This document shows, piece by piece, positions 38,334 to 47,834 of a stretch of DNA of 64,000 nt. The stretch is from a virus (Duplodnaviria; Caudoviricetes): IMG/VR virus record IMGVR_UViG_2615840601_000001; one strand, 5' to 3'. Each line of letters begins with the position of its first letter. The stretch's first letter is position 1. Below the pieces are notes generated by a model. It was not told the origin of the DNA, did no database searches, and saw only the letters and a list, made by a program, of their open reading frames with translations. Position numbers and translations under genes: made by a program.

Positions 38334-38380
38334 TGGCAAAACCGCGTGAAAAAATTGGCAAAACCGCGCGAAACGCTACA
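38334..38380 (-). repeat. Right end of prophage 1: transposase-binding repeats and terminal CA
   Basis: TGGCAAAACCGCG at 38334 and 38356 (22-bp period), ending ...CGCTACA. Confidence 0.7.
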
Positions 38381-38410
38381 GTGAAAAAAATGGCAAAATG
38401 TGGGGGGACC

Positions 38411-38550
38411 TGTCATATTGCACAGACAAAAATCCCGCGAGTTGACAGCAGGTGATTGAATTTTATTGTTAATTTAGAATTTTGTGAAAATCGCGTCTTT
38501 GCACAAGAATGAGCGAATGATCGTGAGAACGACCATTTTCTTTGCACAAT
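38411..38550 (+). repeat. Left end of prophage 2: terminal TG and TTGCACA repeats
   Basis: TGTCATATTGCACA at 38411; TCTTTGCACAA twice (TTGCACA cores at 38499 and 38542). Confidence 0.6.
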
Positions 38551-38598
38551 CGTTCGGAAATGTTCAGCCGACGATCAAAAGAACCGTGATGCATTCTT

Positions 38599-39306
38599 TC
38601 AACGAGCGAAATGGTGGCCGCACCAGACGACTTTGCCGATCAATTGGAAGCCTTCAAGCTCATCTTTTCTAATGGTCTCCTTGGGAAACAAGGGGCTTTG
38701 ATTGAGGCTAATGACTTCAATATCGCCTGAAATGGTTTTTCGCAGCCACTTGATCCTTGCTTCTCCATTAAGAACGAAAGCGAAGATGCCGTCGCTAAGC
38801 GTCTGCTTTCTTTGATCAACCATTACCAAGTCGCCATCGCTAATTTGCGGCTCCATGCTTTCGCCGTTGGCAGACATGATGAGAAGCCCTTCTGCGGTAG
38901 AACGTCCCAAGCGTCGACGCAAGAATTCTGGGGTAAAAGGGATGTGGTCCAGAACCTCAGCCTTGCCTTGATTCCAGAAGCCATTACCTGCGCTTAGCGA
39001 GGCATCATAGCGTGGTATTCCAACGTAATCGGTCAGTTTCTGCGTTTGGTGCTCACCGGGATGGACTGGATCTACACCTTCTATGAGCCATTCAATTGTA
39101 ACATTAAATAGGCGCGCAATCCTCAAGGCCTTGTCTGCGCTAGGCATTCCATCTTCTAAATAATTTCTAAGCGCCCCTACTGAGATACCGCATTTATCGG
39201 CAAATTCAGCTCGGCTCATGTCTCCCATGAGCTTTTTTAAGCGTTCCGAGAATGTGCCATTGTTCATTTTTAGCAGCAGTGGCTCGAAAGCCATCCTTTT
39301 TCCCAC
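38599..39306 (-). CDS. CI/LexA-type repressor (HTH plus S24 peptidase)
   Basis: HTH, SAG cleavage-type site, GESMEP catalytic Ser, RIKWL Lys, IGKVVW. Confidence 0.9.
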   Translation of the reverse strand: MGKRMAFEPLLLKMNNGTFSERLKKLMGDMSRAEFADKCGISVGALRNYLEDGMPSADKALRIARLFNVTIEWLIEGVDPVHPGEHQTQKLTDYVGIPRYDASLSAGNGFWNQGKAEVLDHIPFTPEFLRRRLGRSTAEGLLIMSANGESMEPQISDGDLVMVDQRKQTLSDGIFAFVLNGEARIKWLRKTISGDIEVISLNQSPLFPKETIRKDELEGFQLIGKVVWCGHHFAR

Positions 39307-39329
39307 ATGACATGGCTTTATTAAACCAT

Positions 39330-39475
39330 TGATTTAGCGGTATGAAACCTAATTGCACTTGAAATTTAGCCAAATAAAACAATGGCCAGCTATATAAAGC
39401 TTTACTACTGGCTAAATATAGCTCATTCTGTCTTCATTCGTTAATCACAGCAGGCAGCCACTAAGGCTAACTGCA
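39330..39475. promoter_or_regulatory. Divergent promoter/operator region
   Basis: Repeated TTTAGC(C/G)/GGCTAA half-sites and AGCTATAT/ATATAGCT dyad. Confidence 0.5.
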
Positions 39476-39529
39476 AGGTTCAGAAAAAAGCGGCCTGTTA
39501 CAGCAGCCCGCTTTTCACGAGGAGACATT

Positions 39530-39832
39530 ATGCCGAAGCGTAAGTGGGACAAGTATGCAATCAAAGCCGAGCTTCACCGCCAGGGCATGACCTTCACCGA
39601 GCTTGCCGCTCGGCACGGATGTCATCGCACCAATATTAGCGTGGCGCTGGATCGCCCCAACTCCACCGGCGAGAAAGCCATTTCTGAAGCCATCGGCGTA
39701 CCTGCCGAAGAGCTATGGCCTGACCGTTACCCCAAGTCTGCAACGTCTCATCGAATTTACGATAGCAGACGACACGGCCCTTGTACCAGTCAGAAGTTTG
39801 CAACTGGCGCTGACAATGAGTGTGCGGCATGA
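39530..39832 (+). CDS. ner: Ner/Nlp-like DNA-binding protein
   Basis: WD..AIKAELHRQG...GEKAISEAIGVPAEELWPDRY. Confidence 0.92.
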   Translation: MPKRKWDKYAIKAELHRQGMTFTELAARHGCHRTNISVALDRPNSTGEKAISEAIGVPAEELWPDRYPKSATSHRIYDSRRHGPCTSQKFATGADNECAA

Positions 39833-40038
39833 GCCGGGCGGTGTCAGAGCGACTGTTTGATGCTGACAAGTGGGTCGCAGCCCTGTCGCGCTTCTATCAC
39901 TGCTTTGATTATTGGCCTGATCAAAATGGTCTACGCGATCTGGCAGGATTGATTTCCCTTGTTTGCTTTCAAGCCTTTCTTGCCTTGTGCTGCTGGATCG
40001 CCAGCGGCTGGGTCATCGTCTGGAGATTGAGCGAATGA
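39829..40038 (+). CDS. Small membrane protein
   Basis: ATGA overlaps at both ends, hydrophobic C-half. Confidence 0.5.
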   Translation: MSRAVSERLFDADKWVAALSRFYHCFDYWPDQNGLRDLAGLISLVCFQAFLALCCWIASGWVIVWRLSE

Positions 40039-40244
40039 CCTCTGAAGTCATGCGGGACTTCCATTCCCTCTTTTGGAGTACGCGCGATGGTGTTCGCCTC
40101 AAGAATTGGGCGCTATCTGGCAAAGGAGCATTGAGGATCGACCTCGAGATCACCGGTGCTCATGAACTGGGGGACTTGGTTGGACAGCTGAAGTCCATCG
40201 AAGCCGTCCAAGCCCAAAGCAAACCTCCTAAATCGAAACGCTAA
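40035..40244 (+). CDS. Hypothetical early protein
   Basis: GGAG RBS, ATGA coupling. Confidence 0.5.
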   Translation: MTSEVMRDFHSLFWSTRDGVRLKNWALSGKGALRIDLEITGAHELGDLVGQLKSIEAVQAQSKPPKSKR

Positions 40245-40259
40245 AGGTCCATCTTCCAC

Positions 40260-40718
40260 ATGGCAAAAGCTCACGGCGACAAGATGACTGGTGATCTTTT
40301 GAGTTGGGAACCACCCAAGGTGGCTCCCCGCTTTGAGGAAACGCGCGTCCGGGCTTCGTCTCTCGCTCGGAAGGTCTGTCGTGTTCTGGCCGAAGCTCTC
40401 AAAGAGGATGGAAGAAGCCGCGAGGACATTGCTGCTCAGCTTTCCGCATTCCTGGGCGAGGAAATAAGCCGGGACAGCATTGATGCCTGGACCTCGGAAG
40501 CCCGCGAGAACAACAACATCTCGACCTATCGCTTTTTTGCCCTCGCCCGAATTCTTGGCAGCGCCGAAATGCTCAACGAACTACTCACCGATACCCACAT
40601 GATTGTCGTCGACCAGAAGTATCAACCCCTCATCGAGCGCGAGCTGGCTCTCGAGAAGAAAGAAGCTCTGGAACAGTTCATCGCCAGTCGCGACAAGGAA
40701 TGGAGGCTGAGCAAATGA
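40260..40718 (+). CDS. Conserved Mu-like early protein, homolog of 2357..2821
   Basis: Shared D.(W/Y)T.E..E.(H/N).IS motif, position before MuA. Confidence 0.7.
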   Translation: MAKAHGDKMTGDLLSWEPPKVAPRFEETRVRASSLARKVCRVLAEALKEDGRSREDIAAQLSAFLGEEISRDSIDAWTSEARENNNISTYRFFALARILGSAEMLNELLTDTHMIVVDQKYQPLIERELALEKKEALEQFIASRDKEWRLSK

Positions 40719-42934
40719 CTGCTATCTCCGTCGCTGATAATGGCATCTTGCGGGAGTGGTATACAGCTCGCGAACTGGCAGAGCTGAAACTAACGGGATT
40801 ACCACAGAGTGATCGCAAATCGCTCATTCGATTTGCTGAGCGCCATGATTGGCAATCCACCTCCTTGGCTCGCAAGCGGTCGGGGCGTGGCGGCGGCTGG
40901 GAATATCACATAGACTTGTTGCCAGAGGCCGCACGGTCTGAACTGCAGAAACGCATTACTCTTGAGCGACACAAGGCGGACAACTCCCTTGTGCAAAGTA
41001 AGAGGGCTATTGCGGTTCAGAACCAGCAAGCGTTTAACGCCCGTCAACGTGTCATGATGGAAGCGCGAGCCGCACTTCTCGTCGAAATCGAACGTCGCTC
41101 CATCATCAGTGGCCTGTCTCGACGGAAAGCCATCCTGCAGTTTCTTGAAGATCTCAATCTCTATCGGGCTGGTTTGCCAACCAGCGACGAACACTCCAAA
41201 GACAAAACAGATTATGCAGCCCTAAGTGAAGCTGTAGAACTTGCTGCAGAGCGCCGGAACAGCCTGTCGCTTCGCTCTGTCTATGGCTGGTTCTCAGCTC
41301 GCGACGAAGGCGGGGTGACAGCTCTGGCTCCCCAGATCAAAAAGAAGACCAAGTCGCTTGCAGAAGTTGAATGGTTTGGGGAGTTTCTGAAATTCTATGC
41401 TCGTCCCTCCAAGCCTTCCATTGCTCAGGCGTTGGGTGACTATATCGAGACGCTTGAAGACAAGAGCTTTGCCCCATCATACAAGCAGGTTCGCACCGCT
41501 CTGTGCAAGCTGGGCAATGTGGATCGTGTCCGGGGCCGCGAAGGCGCTTTGACCATAAAAGCCCGTATGGCTTATGTCAGCAGGTCAACCGAAGGCCTGA
41601 TGCCGACTTCCATCTACACCGCCGATGGCAAGACCTTTGATGCTGAAGTCGCGCACTTGCTGACCGGCCAACCCTTCCGGCCCGAAATCACCTCCGTGCT
41701 TGATGTCTTTACCCGCAGATGCGTTGGCTTCTCGGTGAGCCTCAAAGAGAATGTCATTGCGGTCTCGGATGCCTTGCGTCGTGCCAGCGTGGAACATGGC
41801 ATTCCTGCCATTTTCTATGTCGATAACGGCCCTGGCTACAGGAACAAGACCTTTGATGCCGATGCTACCGGCATGATGGGACGCCTCGGTATCTCCAAGA
41901 TGCATTCCATCGCCTACAATTCGCAGGCGCGCGGGATCATTGAGCGCTTCCACGGCAGCGTCTGGAATCCACTAGCCAAGAGTTATGTCACCTATGTCGG
42001 TCGCGACATGGACAAGGAGGCTCGCAAAAAAGCCTTTGATGTCACTCGGCGCGAAGTGAAGGAATTTGGCAGAAGCCGTATCCTCATCGAATGGGATGCG
42101 TTTCTGGCCGATTGCGAGAAGGCCGTCGAGCAATATAACGACAAGCCTCATTCAGAGTTGCCCAAGATTGCCGACCCAATCACCGGCAAAAAGAGGCATA
42201 TGTCGCCCAATGAATTCTGGCATGCTCAAACAGCCAAGGGCTTCGAGCCGGTTTCTGTGCAGCCTTACGAAATCGACGATCTATTCCGTCCTCACGAGAT
42301 CCGAACGGCCCGTCGCTGCCTGATCGAATGGAACACAAATAAATACTTCCATCAGGATCTGGAACAGTACCATGGCGACAAGGTGATCGTTGCTTATGAC
42401 ATCAAGGATGCCAGCAAGCTTTGGGTTCGCGAGATTGATGAAGTTGATGGCGAGCTGTTGCCGGGACGCTTGATCTGTGTCGCCGAGTTTGCAGGCAACG
42501 AGGAACGCTATGTTTCGGTATCCTATGAGCAAACCGCAATCGAGAAACGCGCTCGCGCCCAGAAACGTCGTCTTTCTGACAAGATGGACAAGGTCGAAGA
42601 CCAACTGCGTTCGGACCTTATGCTGGAGCTCAATCCAGCCGAAAATATCAATGTGTTGGATGGCCTTTCCAGCATTGAGCATGAGCCAGAACCAGTCGTC
42701 GAACTGATCAAGCCACAGTCCTCGGTCTCTACTGAGCCAGCCAGGCCGCGCAAGCGGATCTTTGGCTCGGATGAAGAGCTGGCTTCCTGGGTGATCGAGC
42801 ACCCTGAGGATTTAACCCCATCACGCAAAAAGGTGCTGAGTGGATGTCTCCAGCGCAGCACCTCTTTGGAACTGTTCCGCTTGAAAGGTGTCGATGTGGA
42901 AGCCCTTCGCAACGTCCTCCGCACCGCTGCCTGA
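40715..42934 (+). CDS. MuA-like DDE transposase (intact)
   Basis: GRGGGWEYHIDLLPE, YTADGK, YVDNGPGY, ARGIIERF. Confidence 0.94.
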   Translation: MTAISVADNGILREWYTARELAELKLTGLPQSDRKSLIRFAERHDWQSTSLARKRSGRGGGWEYHIDLLPEAARSELQKRITLERHKADNSLVQSKRAIAVQNQQAFNARQRVMMEARAALLVEIERRSIISGLSRRKAILQFLEDLNLYRAGLPTSDEHSKDKTDYAALSEAVELAAERRNSLSLRSVYGWFSARDEGGVTALAPQIKKKTKSLAEVEWFGEFLKFYARPSKPSIAQALGDYIETLEDKSFAPSYKQVRTALCKLGNVDRVRGREGALTIKARMAYVSRSTEGLMPTSIYTADGKTFDAEVAHLLTGQPFRPEITSVLDVFTRRCVGFSVSLKENVIAVSDALRRASVEHGIPAIFYVDNGPGYRNKTFDADATGMMGRLGISKMHSIAYNSQARGIIERFHGSVWNPLAKSYVTYVGRDMDKEARKKAFDVTRREVKEFGRSRILIEWDAFLADCEKAVEQYNDKPHSELPKIADPITGKKRHMSPNEFWHAQTAKGFEPVSVQPYEIDDLFRPHEIRTARRCLIEWNTNKYFHQDLEQYHGDKVIVAYDIKDASKLWVREIDEVDGELLPGRLICVAEFAGNEERYVSVSYEQTAIEKRARAQKRRLSDKMDKVEDQLRSDLMLELNPAENINVLDGLSSIEHEPEPVVELIKPQSSVSTEPARPRKRIFGSDEELASWVIEHPEDLTPSRKKVLSGCLQRSTSLELFRLKGVDVEALRNVLRTAA

Positions 42935-42963
42935 TAGCAAAAACTTGAATAGGAGAATACTAG

Positions 42964-43731
42964 ATGCGGAATGTCTTTGTCGAGACCAGCAATGTCTCGC
43001 GGTTCCTTTCAGCCCTCGACAGGCTCAGCCAGCGGGGAGCTGAAGAAGCCTGCCTGGTGGTGGTCGACGGTGCGCCTGGTCTTGGCAAAACCACGACATT
43101 GAAGCATTGGGTGGCCCAGACCGGGAGTGTCTATCTTCGTGCCAAAAAGGAATGGACGCCCAACTGGTTCATGACCGAGTTGCTGGAAAGTCTGCGGGTG
43201 ACGCCACCTCACGCCTTCCAAAAGAAATACAAGCTGGCCCTTGAAGAGTTGGCCAGCCGACAGGCTTCTGCCCAGATGGCCAACCGAACCTTCGGGCTGG
43301 TTATCGATGAGGCCGATCACGTATCGAGCAAGTCCCCCATTCTGGAAACCATCCGAGATATTTCCGACATGATCGAATTGCCCACCATTCTGGTCGGTAT
43401 GGGCAAGGTGAATGACAATCTCAAACGCTTCCCACAGGTCTCCTCCCGCGTTTCCCAGAAGGTGCGCTTCGAGAATTGTTCTGAGGATGATGTGTCAGCT
43501 TTGATCAGTGGGCGCTGTGAGGTGCCGGTTGCTTCTGACCTGGTCAAGTTCACCCTCAAGGCATCCGGTGGCTATAACCGGGAGATCTTAGAGGCCATCG
43601 CCAATATCGAACGCTTCGGGTTGCGCAATGAACCGGATGAGGCTGGTCTGACCATGGCCGACATGGCTGGCGAGACCTTGCTCATTGATCGTCAGCGCAA
43701 CCAGCCCATCACCATTCCGGAGGTGTTGTGA
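42964..43731 (+). CDS. MuB-like AAA+ ATPase
   Basis: GAPGLGKT, LVIDEAD, ILVGM. Confidence 0.9.
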   Translation: MRNVFVETSNVSRFLSALDRLSQRGAEEACLVVVDGAPGLGKTTTLKHWVAQTGSVYLRAKKEWTPNWFMTELLESLRVTPPHAFQKKYKLALEELASRQASAQMANRTFGLVIDEADHVSSKSPILETIRDISDMIELPTILVGMGKVNDNLKRFPQVSSRVSQKVRFENCSEDDVSALISGRCEVPVASDLVKFTLKASGGYNREILEAIANIERFGLRNEPDEAGLTMADMAGETLLIDRQRNQPITIPEVL

Positions 43732-44321
43732 TGGCTGTCGGGGACCTTTCAAATGCCGTTCTCGCCCGCTTGTCTGATGGTCAGTGCCACACGGTTGACC
43801 ATCTGGATTATGCGCTTGTCGATTTCCAGCGGCGCGAGATTGTCAAATGTGCAGGCCGCTTGATCATGCGCGGTCTGTTGGAACGCGTCGAGATTGGTTG
43901 CTATCAGCTCACCGAGGATGGCAAGCGCATTGTTGCCACCGGCGAGACGATTTCCTCTGGACCCTATCGCCCGGATCAGGGCTACTGCCGCAAGCCTCGG
44001 GATACCATGCGCCAGCGAGCGTGGACCGCCATGCGCATGTCCGGGACTTTCACTATTGGCGACATTGCCATGGCCGCAGCATCGGGAAGTGAAGTCACCC
44101 CAGAGCAGAATTTGCAGAAGTATTTCCGGGCACTGAAGCTGGCCGGTTATCTCATTGAACTGCCGATCCGCGCCAAGGGAACAGCCCTCACATCCAACGG
44201 CTTCAAGCGGTTTCGGCTGATGCGGGATACAGGCCCTACAGCGCCGGTGTTTCGGGCGAACAAGGGCTGCCTGTTTGATCACAATCTCGGTGATCGCGGA
44301 GAGGAAGTGTCATGTCACTGA
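43728..44321 (+). CDS. Tandem winged-helix early protein
   Basis: GCYQLTEDG, RQRAWTAMR, YFRALKLAGYL, DTGPTAP. Confidence 0.7.
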   Translation: MMAVGDLSNAVLARLSDGQCHTVDHLDYALVDFQRREIVKCAGRLIMRGLLERVEIGCYQLTEDGKRIVATGETISSGPYRPDQGYCRKPRDTMRQRAWTAMRMSGTFTIGDIAMAAASGSEVTPEQNLQKYFRALKLAGYLIELPIRAKGTALTSNGFKRFRLMRDTGPTAPVFRANKGCLFDHNLGDRGEEVSCH

Positions 44322-44656
44322 CAGCAAAGATCCTCCTTGAAGAAAGAGTGAGACTGCTTGGCTCGAAGAAAGCTGTGGCCGATGAGTTGGAGGTCAGCCG
44401 CACCCAGATCAGCCTCTATCTGTCCGGCAAATATGAGCAAGCCGGTGGCCGGGTTGATCGGCTGGAGGCCAAGGTCATCGCCACCTATAGCAATCGGATC
44501 CTCTGTCCTCATTTGGGGTGCGATATCACTCAGACCAGTTGCCGCGAGTGTCGCACTGGTCCGATGCCGATGTCTGACCCGGTTCAGCTCAAACACTGGA
44601 TTGCCTGCAAATCCTGTCCTCTCAATCTCACCAAGCAGGAGAGTGCCGCATGTTGA
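44312..44656 (+). CDS. HTH protein with Cys-rich C-terminus
   Basis: VADELEVSRTQISLYLSGKY; CPHLG...C..C...WIACKSCP. Confidence 0.7.
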   Translation: MSLTAKILLEERVRLLGSKKAVADELEVSRTQISLYLSGKYEQAGGRVDRLEAKVIATYSNRILCPHLGCDITQTSCRECRTGPMPMSDPVQLKHWIACKSCPLNLTKQESAAC

Positions 44657-44901
44657 GCGAAACCTTGCTTGCGATGCAGGACTGGTTTGTCGGGACCTAT
44701 AACAATGACGGCTTCTCGCCAGCAGCGGCCCAGCGCTTTGCTGATCTGCTTCATGCGCAGTCCCAAAAGGCCAAACGGCTGGAAGCAGCGCTTCTGGCTC
44801 GGACCATTCCACTCACCAGAGAGCAGCTTGACGACCCCAAAATCGCGCTCTTCCCCACCTGGCCGGAAATGGCACGAAACCACCAAAAGAACGAAGGGTG
44901 A
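44650..44901 (+). CDS. Hypothetical early protein
   Basis: AGGAG RBS, operon packing. Confidence 0.55.
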   Translation: MLSETLLAMQDWFVGTYNNDGFSPAAAQRFADLLHAQSQKAKRLEAALLARTIPLTREQLDDPKIALFPTWPEMARNHQKNEG

Positions 44902-44931
44902 ATCTCACCCGCATTTGAAGGAAACCGAACC

Positions 44932-45555
44932 ATGACAGAGCAAGTGAAGACAATCCCGGACGGCTATATGGAGAATGCCAAAGGTGCCCTGGTTCCCATC
45001 CAGACCGTCAAACCCGAACATATCGAGGAAGATGCGTTGGTGCGCGATCTGATGGCCGAAGCGGAGGATCTCAATTCCAGACTGGCAGCCTTCAAGCAAA
45101 GAGCGTTGGGCAACGTGGAAGCCTTCCGAGAACTGATCGCCGAGAAATACGGAGCCAAGCGTGGCGGCAAAAAGGGCAATGTCACCCTCAACAGCTATGA
45201 CGGCTCGCTCCAGTTGGTAGTAGCCATCTCCGAGAGCATTTCCTTTGGGCCAGAACTGGAAGCCGCCAAGGCCCTGATTGACGAATGCATCCATGACTGG
45301 AGCAAAGACGCCAATGCCAATTTGCGGGCACTGGTCGACGATGCCTTCCAGGTCGACAAACAGGGCAAGATCTCCACTGGTCGTGTCCTCGGACTGCGCC
45401 GCCTCAATATCGAAGATGAGAAATGGCTCAAGGCCATGGAGGCCATTTCCGATGCTCTGCGCGTCACCGGCTCCAAGAGCTACTTCCGAGCCTACAAGCG
45501 ACAGCAGGGAAGCGAAGAGCGCAGTCCTGTTTCTCTCGATATCGCCAGCGCGTGA
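44932..45555 (+). CDS. DUF3164-family protein
   Basis: RGGKKGNVTLNSYDG, FGPELEAAKALIDECI. Confidence 0.88.
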   Translation: MTEQVKTIPDGYMENAKGALVPIQTVKPEHIEEDALVRDLMAEAEDLNSRLAAFKQRALGNVEAFRELIAEKYGAKRGGKKGNVTLNSYDGSLQLVVAISESISFGPELEAAKALIDECIHDWSKDANANLRALVDDAFQVDKQGKISTGRVLGLRRLNIEDEKWLKAMEAISDALRVTGSKSYFRAYKRQQGSEERSPVSLDIASA

Positions 45556-45566
45556 AGGAGGGAGGG

Positions 45567-45800
45567 ATGACCAGGCTCACCGATGCTCAAAGAAAGGTGC
45601 TGCACGCCCTGCAGCATCTCATCGAACCCGAAGCTGAAAGGCATTTGGCCTCGACCTCAGCTATTGCCCGACGCGCCGGGCTTGGTGGTGTCTTCACCAG
45701 GAACGCCCTTCATCGCCTACGCAACAAGGGGCTGGTCTGTCAGCCCTGCACGGGTGAGTGGAGCCTGACCGTCGATGGAGGGCAGTATGGCTCTGCATAG
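45567..45800 (+). CDS. Small winged-helix protein
   Basis: LTDAQRKVL...SAIARRAGL...ALHRLRNKGLV...WSLT; strong RBS. Confidence 0.6.
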   Translation: MTRLTDAQRKVLHALQHLIEPEAERHLASTSAIARRAGLGGVFTRNALHRLRNKGLVCQPCTGEWSLTVDGGQYGSA

Positions 45801-46200
45801 TTCGGCAGCACTTGCGAAAATTCATATTGCAAAGAAGGATCTGGGGCTGGACGAGACCACCTACCGCTCGCTGCTGATGCGGATTACCGGCAAAGACAGT
45901 GCAGGCCAGATGTCCGAACCCCAACGCGAATCCGTCCTCGCAGAAATGCGTCGCCTTGGCTGGAAACCGAAGTCGGGGGGCAAGCACCGTCCGACCTCTT
46001 CTAAGCCCTATGTTCGGCTCATGTATGCCATCGCCAAAAACATCGACAAGACTGGCTACTGGAAGCTGCCTTACAAAGATGCCCTGCGGGCCTTTGTCAA
46101 AGCGGAAACCGGCATCGACAATCCGGAATGGTTGACCTTCGAGCAGGCCAGCCCGGTGATTGAAGCCCTCAAGACGATAGAGCGGAGGGTGGGAAGATGA
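45787..46200 (+). CDS. gemA: GemA / Mu gp16 (DUF1018) family protein
   Basis: LAKIHIAKKDLGLDETTYR, VIEALK. Confidence 0.88.
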   Translation: MALHSSAALAKIHIAKKDLGLDETTYRSLLMRITGKDSAGQMSEPQRESVLAEMRRLGWKPKSGGKHRPTSSKPYVRLMYAIAKNIDKTGYWKLPYKDALRAFVKAETGIDNPEWLTFEQASPVIEALKTIERRVGR

Positions 46201-46202
46201 GG

Positions 46203-46532
46203 TTATTGAGAAGTCCCAAGCTTGTGCTTCCCAACATATTTTTCGGTAGCGGAGCAAAGCACCTTTTTCTGCAGGTCGCTCGCCTTCTCAAGGCTCATTT
46301 TGGCAACCATGACCTGACCATCCAACTGGGCGAGCACGTCGCTTTCCCTTCCTTCAAAATAGTGAGCGACAAAGGACATCATCGCATCTGCATCAACCGC
46401 TATGCTGCATTCTTCCTGAATGGCAACAGTTTTTGCCAGAGCAGACATCTCTGTAAAAAAGGTCAAGTCGTCCATCTGCGCAAATGCGCTGGTCGGAATG
46501 ACAATAACGAGAGCGGCAAGCCATTTTTTCAT
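46203..46532 (-). CDS. Exported small protein (antisense moron)
   Basis: Signal peptide MKKWLAALVIVIPTSAFA; GAGG RBS. Confidence 0.65.
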   Translation of the reverse strand: MKKWLAALVIVIPTSAFAQMDDLTFFTEMSALAKTVAIQEECSIAVDADAMMSFVAHYFEGRESDVLAQLDGQVMVAKMSLEKASDLQKKVLCSATEKYVGKHKLGTSQ

Positions 46533-46565
46533 GATAAAAATCCTCAAACTGAAGGGAGGGTTGAG

Positions 46566-46889
46566 CTAGCGACAGGCTGCCATGCCAATAGATTGAACGC
46601 CGCCAGCCTTGTAGGCCGCGTCATCATATATGGTGATGGTCTTGAGATCTTTCGGGGCACCGACATCTGGGAAAAGCATGCAGAGATACTCGGCATATCC
46701 ATCTTTGCGGGTGCCGTCAGACGCCATCGTGACGTGCATGGCATTGACAACAGGATCTTTCCATCGTGCATCTATGACCTTCTTTTCGGATTTGATCAGT
46801 TTAAGTGCATCTTGCTGCCATTGAGCCAGCTCGGCTGCCTGCGTAGATGTGCTCAAAATCAATGCTGCGAGAATCAAAGCGATGCGCAT
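46566..46889 (-). CDS. Exported small protein (antisense moron)
   Basis: Signal peptide MRIALILAALILSTSTQA; two Cys. Confidence 0.65.
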   Translation of the reverse strand: MRIALILAALILSTSTQAAELAQWQQDALKLIKSEKKVIDARWKDPVVNAMHVTMASDGTRKDGYAEYLCMLFPDVGAPKDLKTITIYDDAAYKAGGVQSIGMAACR

Positions 46890-46978
46890 GGTGTTCTTTC
46901 CTACTCTTACAATCAGTGGAGGAACTTAACGCTAGCCATTCGCCAATTGTCAATGCCGCCCGTTGTCGGGAGGACCAT

Positions 46979-47239
46979 ATGAACAAGCCTTTGCCCGCTG
47001 ATTTCGTGACGGATCATGCGCTCGTCCGCTATCTCGAACGCGTCCTTGAGATCGATCTTGATGGGGTTCGCCAGCAGATCGCGGACGAGACTGCGACGGC
47101 CATTGCCTCCGGGGCCGTTTCCATGCGCAAGAATGGCCTGCGCTACATCTTCAAGGGCGGGAAGGTCATCACCATTTTGCTGACATCCAACGAAATGGAG
47201 CGCATCAGGCGGCTTCGGACAGGAGAGAGCCATGACTGA
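46979..47239 (+). CDS. Conserved small phage protein
   Basis: VTDHALVRYLERV...GKVITI; GGAGG RBS. Confidence 0.65.
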   Translation: MNKPLPADFVTDHALVRYLERVLEIDLDGVRQQIADETATAIASGAVSMRKNGLRYIFKGGKVITILLTSNEMERIRRLRTGESHD

Positions 47240-47630
47240 GCTTCTGACCGAGGATATGGGAATGATCGCGGATATTGTTGGGCGCGAGGTGGTTGATGAG
47301 CTGATGACCAAGCTGCCTGGCATCGAGATCAAAGTGCCTCTTCACTGGACCGAAGACAACCCGCTCTCGCGCCTTGATCGCGAGACCGCCGACCTGCTGA
47401 TCCATCAGTTCCCCGGCGACAAATTCTATGTGCCAACCCGTCTGCGCAAAGCCGACAATCGGGCCGAAGCCCTGCGCCTGCACAAAGAGGGTTTCGGCTC
47501 AATCGAGATTGCCCTCGAACTGCGTATATCAGAACGCTATGTGCGCATGCTGCTGGCGGGCAAAGCCCTGCCAAGCCGTGTCGATGAGCGACAGATGGAT
47601 ATTGAGGATTTTCTGAGGCGAGTGGGGTGA
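47232..47630 (+). CDS. Mor/C-family late transcription activator
   Basis: IADIVG...LPGIEIKVP...FPGDKFYVP plus HTH IALELRISERYVRMLL. Confidence 0.85.
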   Translation: MTELLTEDMGMIADIVGREVVDELMTKLPGIEIKVPLHWTEDNPLSRLDRETADLLIHQFPGDKFYVPTRLRKADNRAEALRLHKEGFGSIEIALELRISERYVRMLLAGKALPSRVDERQMDIEDFLRRVG

Positions 47631-47834
47631 TCAGAACAAATGACGGCTCTGAGCCCATTTTGCATATTTTTGCAAGACGCATCAACGGCAGCTTTCTGCA
47701 CGAGGTTTTATATCCTAGCCTAAGATACACTTTTATGGGGCGCATCTTAAAATTAGCTGTTCGATAAAGAAGGGTCTTAGTGTCAGGGCAAAGGGAATAA
47801 TTCGAAGGACTGGTGCTCCCACATATATGAAAGG

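Larger units (their letters stand above)
1..38380 (+). mobile_element. Mu-like transposable prophage 1 (Mu-type head, P2-type contractile tail); left end upstream of window
   Basis: Gene order repressor/ner/MuA/MuB/gemA/mor/lysis/gp27-28-29/F/I/T/tail/com-methylase; right end with repeated sites ending in ...TACA at 38380. Confidence 0.93.

Noticed and set aside
46197-46982. 261-aa plus-strand ORF in the early operon
   Set aside because: Implausible protein sequence; better explained by two minus-strand signal-peptide genes
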